From Phoronis australis (taxonomy: Eukaryota > Animalia > Phoronida): a stretch of DNA of 64,000 nt. Shown here in pieces: positions 28,801 to 40,800 of this stretch (the stretch's first letter is position 1; every line of letters starts with the position of its first letter). The notes beneath the pieces are model-generated. The model had not been told where the DNA came from and did not search any database. It worked only from the letters and a program-made list of their open reading frames with translations. The position numbers were made by a program, and so were the translations under genes. The stretch spans positions 1 through 64,000 of the forward strand of contig NMRA01000725.1 of NCBI GenBank assembly GCA_002633005.1. The letters run 5' to 3'.

Positions 28801-31800
28801 GGCTCATTTTGTCTGAATACTTTAATTTGTTAGTACTGTAGCTAATGGATATTGCTAGGCTGTTATCTAGAACACATTAGAAAATCCATACACGCAGCCT
28901 ATTGAAACAAGATGTTCATTTTTCGTGTTTGGTATTGTTTGTCTGCCACAGTTGATTTTAAACTTTTCCTATAGGAGTCTTTTCTTTTGCGACTGAAAGG
29001 TAGAGTCGAGCATGGGTCAGGGTGCATGAGTACTTTTGAGCTGCATTTTGATTTGACTTTTTGTGCTTTATCTCTGAATGGAAAATGTACTTAATCACCG
29101 TTGCTACATTCATTGTGAATATTGCTGTATTTGGATTGCTCATGACTTTGGTTTTGTTTTCCAATGTCACACATTTTTTTCTTGTGGTGTATGATTGGTG
29201 CATGCATATCTGAACTATGTTTGTGCTTATTGGATGCAGTGCACTCTAGAGGTAATTGGACAAAATACTGACAACTGATGATGGCTTGTCATTCCAGCCT
29301 TTTCATGCCTGTGCTGTATTCTCCTATCTCTAGTTCGTCATACCTAGGGTCTGTTTTATGAAAAGTGGCTGAAGACCTAAGTCAGAAATTTGGTGTTACG
29401 CTCCAAACAACTATTTAAGAAAAATAATTAAACCTCACCCAAGCACATTGTAAAGCATCTGAGAACATTTTCATGATGGCTACTTGTTGAGAAAATTTCT
29501 ATAAATTAACTCTAGATTGTGATGCGCTCATAATTATTATTATTTGGCTTATCCTGTTTTTCAGGATTTGTGAAGTAGAAGGCCAAACCAAATTTAGGTA
29601 TTAAAAGTCATTTTCACGGAACAGGCCCCTGGTCCTTATGGACAGCTGCTGTTATGTTGAATTTGGCATATACGCAGTTGTCATGATGGTGGAATTACGA
29701 GTCATTTTGTCTTGTTATGTTCGGTGTGTTTTTGACAGCTGCCAGCATGCAAAGTATCATTTTGCTCCACCTGTTATGAAGTGACGCATCGTGATATCAA
29801 AGTGTCTTGTCATCATAAGGGCCTTTTCTGCACAGTTCACGTGTCTGACTAGTGTTAATCGAAAATTTCTGTCTGTATATCTGTTTTGTTAATATTTACA
29901 AACTAAGTAAGATTGTTACCATGTCAACCTATTGTCTGATGATATGTCCTGAAATCTGACGGCAGTTCTGTCTTCTTACCGTGACAAGGCTACAGATGAC
30001 AGACCTTGTTTAGGTTTTTGCTGATCATCATCCCGTTTGGGCCTGGCTATTCAAAACCCTTAGGGGTTAATAAAACAATGATCTTCTCCACCTTGTTTAG
30101 TTGTGTTTACTTATGCCGGTCAACTGGAACAGGTTTCACAAAGAACTGCTTTCAATGACCTTGCATGACAATTTTAAAAGGCCTGTTGTGTGTGAAGGAC
30201 ACCCAAAATTGTAAACTGAGCGTCACAGCACAAAGTATAAAAAATCATGGATTCAAATTATTTTTTCCATGGATCATTTGCATTTTGCCTAAAATACCCA
30301 TAAGTAGATGATGGAATATTGTCGTTAGTTGTCATCGTATAAACGCCTTATCTGCCAATGATTCATTCATCCTGTTTGCCTTATAAACATTCACATAAAT
30401 ATGAACACGGTACAAGAAACCCGCTTGACAAGTGACGAGCAACTGTAAACTGAGTGTATCTGACCTGCCTCTCTTTCAGACCTGGGAGACCGTGTTTTGC
30501 TGGGACCCCAGAATGAGGCCAAGATCATCTCTTTACCTGAGCAGGATATCGCTCTCGTTCAAATTGACATTTTACCTGGTATGATTGATTCATCTTGTAG
30601 CTAGCTTACTGATGCATGGAATTGGGCAAATTTGCCTTATATGCAATTAATTCTTCACCAGTATAGTATTTATGAGTATATGTAACAGACTTGTGAATAT
30701 TAGGTATATTTTTGTGACATTTCTCCTTGTAAATGCACTGTTTGGCTATTAATGCCAGAACTTGTTACGTTATACGAGTCTCTTTTCTGCTAAGAGCATA
30801 ATTGTTAATTTGTTAAATGTGAGGTTAGATGAATTTTAAGTGACTGAGTCCTTGAGTTGAAAAACTGAGTTTGAAAAGTTTCTCTTTGTTTCAGTACAAG
30901 GTGCGCTACCCATGCCAAAGGCCAGTGATAACTTTCGGTATGTTGATCTGACCACCATCGAATGGGATGCAGCGTCTAGCTTCTGGCGACCCAAGGGATC
31001 CGTTGGTGACAGGTACTGAACACGAAGGATTTACATAAAGCCTTTGATTTCATTACTAATAGCATTGTTTTGATCATCATTTATAGGTTGCTTGTAAGTG
31101 GCCTACAAGTGGAGATTGAAACAAATATCCTCGATGAGTGTAGGACTGGAGTTTGGTCACTGGGTAGGGAGTGTTCTTGGTGCATGTGTAGAGTACAGGG
31201 ACATGGGTATGGAGCTGGGAATTGTGGTGTTTGCTGGCTCAGGATTGGGGCTTAGGAAACATACCTGGAATTTAGAGGAGCGACTATGGAATTGTTCCAC
31301 TCCCTGAACCAGCTGCATTTTAATAGTTGTAGTTTACAAACAATAATTTGTTGTGCGGTAGGAAACTAGTGTGTGCAGCCTTTGAACCTAGTTACTCTTG
31401 ACTGATTTTCTTCTATTTTATGTGAGAAAAATAAAAAATCAAACATGTGTTAGCATTCTTGAATTTCTCATGGAGAAGTAGAAAACTGTCCGTAGGTTAT
31501 TTGTAATCAATGAAATTCTTCCATTCTATTGGGCAATGATGCTGATTGCTGATATCACTGTCTCATAGAATGAGAAACTCAAAAAGGTTTCCATACCAAT
31601 TGTATTGGAAATTTTTAAAGAGCATATTGTTGATGACTTAAGGCAGCTACGTTTTGTAAACACTGATACTTAACGCAGTTCGTTGTTGTGATTCAGCATT
31701 CAATGTGTGACTAGTCTGTTAATCTTGAATCTTTGATGGATGGCCATTGTGCACTGTGTTACTCATTTTAGGATAACCTTTGACACCAGTGGAACTTCAG

Positions 31801-34800
31801 GCCAGCCTGGTCCGTTGGCAGCCACAATGTCGCCACGTAGTCCCTTGGAAGATCAGCCTCAGATGGAAATGTCAAATAACACTGCAAACCAACTCAGTGT
31901 ACTTGTGAGTAGTTTGCACTGCAGAGCTATTTATGCACTGGGGAGATTTTGTTGTTGGTATCACCTGTTTCGAAGCATGAGATATGATAGATAATTTCGT
32001 AAAAACAGTTGTTAGCGTGGACCCATGATAATGTTTCCCTTAGAATTTAAATAATACAAAAATCGATAAAATTGTTAAAATTTTGACAAGAGGTAATAAA
32101 AAGCAACTCTCTTGGTTCGTGAAAATGGGTACCCACGATGGACACCCAGTAGTATAGATCTGATTGGCACTGGTATTATCTTTTTATTGCTAATAACAAT
32201 TTATTATTTTCACCAAGATATTACATTTTGGAATTTGCGCTTTTTTTTTCAGAATGTAAATTATCATCTGTTTCTTCTGCTGCTTCAAATTTTACCTTGT
32301 TTTCTAAATAAAGATGGATTTTGTGATTGTGTAGTCCAGTAATCAAGATGAGGCCTGTGCAATACAAGCCGTTTCTGTCTGAGATTCCAACTGGCTTAAA
32401 TTTTTCAAGTAATATTTTTAAAAAGTCCTTCGTTCAACAAAAAATGGAGGCTGTCCGCCAGTGGAAGACTGTCAATCATTGTAAGGCTGTCAATCGTTGT
32501 AAGGCTGTCAATCTTGGGTACAGTGTCCAGTGCAGTACACCGTTGCTAATTGCCATTTCCCTTAAAGGATGACAGCGACATACCCAGTAGGCCGATGTCA
32601 CGTCTGCTTTGTGAGAAATTGGACATCCAGCTGGGCATCCACCAGGGAACTATGGTCTCCACGGTGATGAGCCTGGCAGAGGAGGAGAAGGTCAAGGACA
32701 TGGTCAGTCGGAACAACATTGAGCCTTTTGAGCACGGACTGGCCAGTATGAAGACAAGTGCTAAAGAGGGTACTGCAAAGGTGGGTGAAAGTGTTAAGAA
32801 ATGTTGGAGAATTGTGTTGAAACATCGGGGTAGCATTGCACTCTTCTTCCTCCATAAACCAAACTGTCTGGTGTTTATTGCTCTTTTCTCATTAGCAATG
32901 TTCTTTTTTCATGAACACCATTGTGTGCTCCCGCATGACAATTTATTATGAACCCATTTCTCTTCTTGTAGTTGAGTTTAACTTAGTACATGGTTGCTTG
33001 AATGATGAAAAACTTTGTGGTACTACTGGGTAGATCAACAAAGTGGTTTGTTTAAAAAGAAAAGTGTTTATAAAGGAAAGAATTGCAGTTTGAAAGACTG
33101 TAAAATGGACCTTGTGAGTACTCTTAGTGAGAGTGCCATTATAGGAAGGAAAATGGCCACTCTGAAAATATGGTGTGGTATCTTAAGTCAGAAAAAACAT
33201 AATTATAAATGCGTATTATTTTGTTTAACTGTACTCAGAAGAATTGTAATTCTCTGTGTGATGATACAGTCAGATCTGTATTATCCTGTATTTAATATTG
33301 ATATATAATATTGCTTAATACTGTGTTTATACATTTTCGTCACAGGAAGAACCTTTAGATGACGAGGATAGCTACGACCCAGTCAGGAGTCCACTCTACG
33401 ACACAATCAACGCAGCTGTTCAGTCATTCACTGGGCAGCCACCCAAGTCTGCCGACACTCTGGTTAGTTTTTTAATCGCATGATGCACCGTAACTGTCCA
33501 GGTTGACGCCCATACTTATTTGGCATCTCTATGTCCTATCTCAATTCACATGGTTGAAACTTCGAATCCTTAAAAATACATTGTCTTTGTGAATGCCTGT
33601 CTCATTAGATTTTTAGCTCCGTGAAAGTTTGCACCTCACTTACCTTTGGTGGTTCTTCTCTTTAACATAGAATATGATGGACAAGAGAACTTTTATTTTC
33701 AATACAAAGCCTTTCTACGACCTTTTTACTGACCATCGAGGTAGCGATGGTTGGTTTATGTAACAGGCTCAAGCAAGGTCTGATGACATCATATAAAACC
33801 ATAAAATGGAAGGAACACTGTGCCCCAGTGGACACAACCAGCTCTAACAAAATACTAGCTGTAGACAGTTTGCCCCAACTGATTTCTGGTGAATAATATT
33901 TGGTGATAGTAATTAAAAGGCTCTGGGATTAAAATACTTGCCTATTCATGATTCATTGTACCCAATTGGGAGAGCAGGGGCTCTGTAATGCACCAGTTTG
34001 TCATCAAGACTAGTAATTTTTTTGTCTATAATCTCTGCATTGTATAAATGTCATTAAACAGCAGTTGGTAATTTTCCATTATTTGCTGTAAGGTAGTTAG
34101 CCTAAGTTAGATAAATAGAAAAATGACGAGTTTGCCATGGAAATTAGTGAGATTTAAGTGAACAATTACCACGAAGGATGAAATGTTGTTCTGACTTAAA
34201 AGAAATGTTTCTGTTTCATTCATTTTCGATTTTTCCAACAGATCAAATGTGAACGTGTTCAGTAACATTGGGCATGCTGGGCACACTCTATGTTTATGTG
34301 GCATTGTGTTCTCTGTGGTTGAAGCACTTTCAAACCTTGTGTCTGTCTTTTGCAGAAGGTAACGCCATCTTCCGGGGTCGTCTCCCCTGTCGTCATATGC
34401 CCAACTAAAGGAACAAGTGAGAAACCACGGTAGGCTTAGCAGTTCTTCAAATTTAAAATGATACTGAATCACAAGTTGTTCATTTTTAAATGAACAACTG
34501 GTGATTCAGTATTAATTTAAAAATTTTAAAAATTAATTAATGCTTTGTTGACATGAGTTAGGGGCAAGTTTGAAAATAGCTTCAAACAAAGTCTGCTAAA
34601 TCAGCAAGCATGACTTGTATCGTCCCAAGTGGGAAATTAGGTTTGCGATATTCTCTTGGCTGATATTTTTTGTGGTATTGTATCAAGGACAAAAGACTTA
34701 GACCAACCTGTGCAGGATTTTTGATCAACTGTTCTTAGTACTCAAATTTCCTGGTTACCTAGGCATTGCATTGGTATGTGTTTGGGATTTACAGCCGCGC

Positions 34801-37800
34801 ATCCCAACCCATAGCTGGAAGATAATTCCTAGCTTCCGTATTTGGAGTGCAATTTTCATCACTGCTTAGGTTGTGCTGTCATTTTGTTTTGTATTTATTT
34901 CATTAGTTAAGACCTGAAAGTGTTGAAATGAATACAATTCGTGGTAACTTCTAATTAGAAATGCTGGCCAGGGTTTCAGCGTTTCGTGTATGTTATGTTC
35001 TTAACTGTTCAAAAAATGTTACGAGCTGAAACACTCAGTCAATTTACGAAACGAAAAAATTTCATTATAATGGGAAGTGGAAGAATTAAACGAAAGTCAC
35101 ACGGGCATTTATTGCTATGAAAAATAGCTTCTGTGTTTTAGAAACCAATAGCTAGAAACTGTTACCAATAACAAAATGATATTTATCTAAAAAGATGTTT
35201 TAAAGAGGATGAGTACTACATGCCAATTATGAGATTTTGTGTTCATTGCAGAGGTAAGCAGGTAGAACTCAACAACAACAACGAAAACAACAACAACAAC
35301 TTCAACGAGAACAACAACATCCGGGATGATGACCAGGACAGTCTGTGTTCTGCTGATGACCCTGAACTTGGCGACTTGAAATCTGACATCTCTGGTCCAA
35401 CAACTGCTATGGCAACATTCCATTCTGCTTCACGTCCCGATACCGCACATAGTCGCCAGGTTCCTGCGGTGATAGAAAATGGCGATGCATCATTGACCAA
35501 TCGTGAGCGCATGAACCCTGTAACAATACGACTTCCTGGTCAAAGGTCAAATGTAGCAATATCGTCTCCTCAGAATTCTCCTGTCCAAAACTCTTCCGGT
35601 TATGAAATAATGTATGCCCCGCATAGGCGGATGATGAACACCCCAAGAAGTGGACGTTCTATGCCTGGATATCCGTCACCAAGGTAGGTCGTGTAGTTCA
35701 TGGAGCAATGCTTTGATGCAAATGATTTGACAGTCTGATTTCATATGAATGACAGCCAACCAGAAATTCAAGTAGAATTCTTGACAGAAGATCTCATTCT
35801 GTGACAGTCATACTTTTGCATTTTTCCATTCAGAATGAGAGTTTTGAAGACGATTTGATTATTAATTGTGAAAATACTGAGTATTTCTATTGAATCGGTT
35901 ATTCTGCATGAAAAAATTCTCTAAATTGTAATTTTTTCATATTATTCCTACTCTGAATTCCTTGCTATAAATTAACTAATCGCAGTGTATGCCTGTGTAG
36001 AGCTGCTACCTCTACACAGTTTTATTACTAACTAGAAGTGTTTAGTTGTTTTTGTCAGCTGCACAGTACAAGCCACGCAAAGGGTGGAGTAGTACTTCCT
36101 TTAATTTATTGCCTCTTATGCATTAGTATACAGTATTCATATTGCCCTTTGGCTTGTAACTGATGTGTGCTGTTCCTTTGTTAGGTCTGGATGTGTTGCC
36201 AAACAGCCTCGTCCAATCAGCGCTGTCACCGCCTACAAGTTCATCGTCAGCAGGTCTTCCATTCAGAACACGCCCAGAGAAGATGACATCACGGCCTACC
36301 AGAAGCAGCGCACGGAAGCGTGGAAGAGATCATCGGCTGAACAAAACAGTAAGTTATTGTTGACCAACTAAGTCTGAGGTAGAGAGGTTGAAATCTCATT
36401 GCACCCTGTTGTGCCAATTTTCAAAACCTGGAAACTTAGATAGCCAAATCTAGCGGTGTACATTAGTGTGTAGAATTTGGCCTATTTGTTGGTACGCACG
36501 TTTCATCGCACAAAATAGACATAAAGTACTGTTTACAAGTTATCAGAGTTCAAATTCAGTTGCAAAATGACATAATCGGTGCAATTATATACCCAATGCC
36601 CTAGAAAGTACGTGGCCTTGAAATGGAAGGTGAATCCCAGCCTTATTCCGTAGCCAATGAAAGTTAGGGGATGAAGACTTCTTTTAGATATTAAAATGCG
36701 AGGAACAAGAAGAGTTTAAAAATTTTCTTCACCCAATAGGCGGTTGTGTTCTGTGAACTTTGTTCCTGTTACAACCATAAAATCGCATTTTATAGCAAAA
36801 ACTCATTCAAATTTGAGCTCTGTGCTCAGTTCAAAAAGCGAGTTTCCATAGGTCAAACAGAGATGCGTAGTTCGAAGTAGAAAATAGTTTAATAATGCTG
36901 TGGCGGTGCATTGAGTAATGGTAATATGTTGCGAGTTGGGGGAGATAACTACACTTATGAATTTTGCCTTTGCAATCTTTGTTCACTGGGCCCACCAGAA
37001 TTTGGAATTGAGTCAACCAGCTTTTGTGTACTCAAAACTCTGAAGATCTGTTAAATGTTTCGTATTGCTCAACATTTTGAACACACCCCAGGGGCCATCT
37101 TACTTGAGGTACCATTCGTTAAAAGCATTTCATTCTTAGAAGTACTGGCCTACACAAACTGCACAGCGAGTGTTTCGATCACCTGTGCACATCGCCATGT
37201 TATAACTTTGTTGCCACGACATCTGGGCAATAGTGCTTTTGAATAGTCTAATTCCTTTGAAGTGTAGAACTCTTGGAAAATTATTTGCGTCGAGTGATTT
37301 GAACATCTCCTCCTTAAGTTTAAACTTTACTATTTTCTATATGGTATTACTGTTGAATGAAAAGTCACTTTGGCATGTGGAAAATAATGTAAAATAAACA
37401 AAAATGGGAAAACGTTTTTGGAATCATGACTGTGTACTTGGTCACATGTTCTAGTTAGAAATCTGTTTGCACTTAGAATATTTATTTACAATCATATCAA
37501 TTGTTGGCGACAGTATTGTTAAGAATTTAAAAATAACCACGACACTGTCGAAATTCATGGTTTAACATGACGTTTAGCTTTATTGAAGCTGTGGAAACCC
37601 CTTCATTTCAGTACAGGTTAAATGTCAGTGCTGAAATAGATCGATTATTCATTTGTCACTTTTGTGCACTTTGGTTTATAATTGAGCTCCAGTTTCAACA
37701 CTCAGTGTTAAATCTCTACTCACCTTATTATGTTTTACAGTCAGTAAATCAAAACATTGCATCTCACCGTGAATTTCGATGTCGTCGAAGTTATTTTAAA

Positions 37801-40800
37801 TTCCTGCACAGTATCAAGTAGCTGTTATTTTGCACAATAAATAATCCTCACCTCTTCACCAGTGTAATTAATGCTTGTGTAATTATTCAAATGGCAGACA
37901 AAGAAAATGAGCCAGGTACGTATTCTAATTTTACCTTTGACTGGATGCGTCAACATCATCGTTATTATGCTTGCTTCTTCTGTAACTGCATGACCTTTGA
38001 CCTTTCAAATATGCACTAACTGCGTTCATATTGCTTGATGATTTTTGACAAAATTTATAGCGGTTCCTCATTCGCTGATGATGAAAAAGTTTGAGTTTGT
38101 TAAAGGGTTGTTTTTTGAGTCATCTGTGCAACTACCATGAAATGAAAGGACTCTGAATGTATCATAAACTTTGGCGTGGAGGACTAAATATAGGTCCATG
38201 TGGCGAGTTGTAGACCAGTAAAACTTAGGAGAGATCACGTTATTCTTAAATTCTGAATTCTCGAATAATGAAAAAAGTTGTAATTTTGAAAGTTAAGAGC
38301 AGCACATGGCATCACAAGCTCGTGTTATTCACTATGATCTGTGGACAACTCAAAATTCAGTAGGTAGCGCTAGTGACACAACGGTCGTACCTGAAGACAT
38401 GCATGCATTCAGGTTGTTACACTGAACTGTTCACCCGCAGATGCCTTCTATGCTAGTAAATTGCTTCCCGGTCTTGGACTGTACAGATGTTAAGAGAGTT
38501 GCTTTTAATCATTAGCGTCACCTAGTGAGTATTGAATGGATTATTGAATGTTTTGTTCTTCTCACAGTCAACATTCACATTTTGACATATGCGGCCAAAA
38601 TTCTACAATTGCCATGTGGAGAATGATTGTGACAAAATGGTGACATGATTTCCGTTATTGCATTAACTTTATGTGTATTGCTTAACGTATTCCTTCAACT
38701 CTACACATGGGCCTCCATACGACCCAACTTTGTGTTTGTTCAAATGCATAACCAACAACTGTGTTGTCTCGTCTCTAACTGAAATCTCAACCAGTAAGCA
38801 AGTTGTTTCATTGGTGCAACTTAGCAGATTGCCTCTCCAGCTGGAAGCTTTTCGGTTTCAATTACCTTGCTGCGGCTCCGCTTAAGTCCCTTGGCTCCCC
38901 GAGTCCCCTGGTCCCTATCTTTCTTTCTTCGCTCAGCCGGACCCCTCCCTTCCGTGCTCATACCGCCTGCCCTGCCCATTGTTTGACACATGACTTAAAT
39001 TATAATTAATTTTATTAATTTTGTTATTGGTTGTTTTATTAATTATTTAACGAAGTTGGAGTGGATTTTGTGTACTATTTGGTTTCAGTTGTGTTGTAGT
39101 TTCAGCTCAAAAAGAGAGATTATGTTGTATTGATGAAATGTAAAACTTATTGATGGTGGCAGTTCGTAGGTCTGATTCTTTGTGGATGATTTCATTAAAC
39201 AGTTTGTGAGAAGTTGAACCCGATTATTTTGTGATCAGTTCTTTTATAAGCTCTCAGTGGAACATTCCATGTTGCTAGATTTAAGGGGTGGAAACCACAA
39301 GGGTGCATGCATATCCATTCATGTGTAAAGTGCTCGTGAGCCCACTAAGCTCAGTTCGCCGATTCGCAAACATGGCTTACCCACTCTCAGACATGGTGTC
39401 GTTCTCACGTAACATGACATTCAAAAACCCAGCTTCCAACTCAGAATCATCTTTGACTGACCGTATAACACAGTTCACGGACATGTAGTCCATGCACGAT
39501 GTTCATTAGTTCAGGCGTGAGTTTTTGCATCATTGAATTGCGTTTTTGAGTGCACAAGGTGCATTTTATCACTGCAACACCTTGTTCGAAGGTTGGTGAG
39601 CCGTTTTTGTGAATCTTGTCCCAAATTTACATTTTAGTTCAATGACATGTAAGCTCTGTTAAGTGAGGAACCATGGCTATGGGTGTGACAACTTTGACAT
39701 TTTCTCCTTTGAAATTTGTGTCCCCGTCTTTTTCCATCACACTAAGTGTTCTGTCACGTGACTTTATTGATCATCCTGATAAAACATACTTGAATTGTTG
39801 CCTCTCTTTTAGCCCCGCCTTCAACTCCGCCCCCGCAGCGTCCAAGTTCTCCGGAAAACGCCGAGCGCACCTTCTCCCTACAGTTCCGTAATGCTCAGAG
39901 GTGGTTGGGTGGAGGTCGCGACCTTTATCACGAGGATGTGGAGAAACGCCCTAAATCGGGTCACGTGCCCGGCTGGAGAGAGGGTCTGGACTCATCGGCA
40001 CCAAATCGTGCATTTCGACGAGCACGTCCGCCAGATATTGTTACGCCATCTTCTTTGTACTTTGAAGAATTTGCTGGTAAGAATTATATTAATTGTATGC
40101 CTGGATGAGAATTAGTGTGCCCCATTTTAGACTGAGTTCACTGCCATCAGATATAAATTGCCAATTGGTCAGTCTTTTTGCTTAGAGAAATGAGGCACAT
40201 AAACACAAAAGTTACCCTCAAATACATCTTTTTTGGTACATGTTTGATGCAAGAGGGCTGTAATTAATGTCGGAATGTCTCTGATAATTAGTGATTGGTA
40301 TCACTTGCCACAGTGCCTGGACTTGTATGAGGGACTTCTTTTATTTGGGGATTTGGGAACAGAAATGAATGTCAGTATTAGTGTCAGTGACATCTGCTGC
40401 CATTTTGTGGCAACATTCTTCCCCAGTGTTATTTTAGACTCTGCGTACAATAAAAACAAAATCTGTCATTTAAAATTGAGCTTTTTTGTTATTTGAAAGG
40501 CAAAACTAGAAGAGGAGACAAGAGACATGACACGCGGTAGAACTTGTGTTGCTTCTTTGATATGTCCCCAACTTTACTGTGTAACCTGCCTGAGCAACAA
40601 AAAGGGTGGACTTGATTTGTGTACACCACCTCTCAGAGTGACCTTAATACCCCCAAACAATGCATTGAAATTTGATTGCGGGAACGCCTCGTGTACAAAT
40701 TATATTGAGCTAGATCCCACTTCCTTGCTCATTCATTGCTGTTTTTCTAGCTGCTGGAATCGATCGTCGCAGTTTCCAACACATGCTCAACATATCCACA

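Noticed and set aside
38803-39009. Pro/Ser-rich ORF as an extra exon
   Set aside because: No convincing donor site in a compatible phase.
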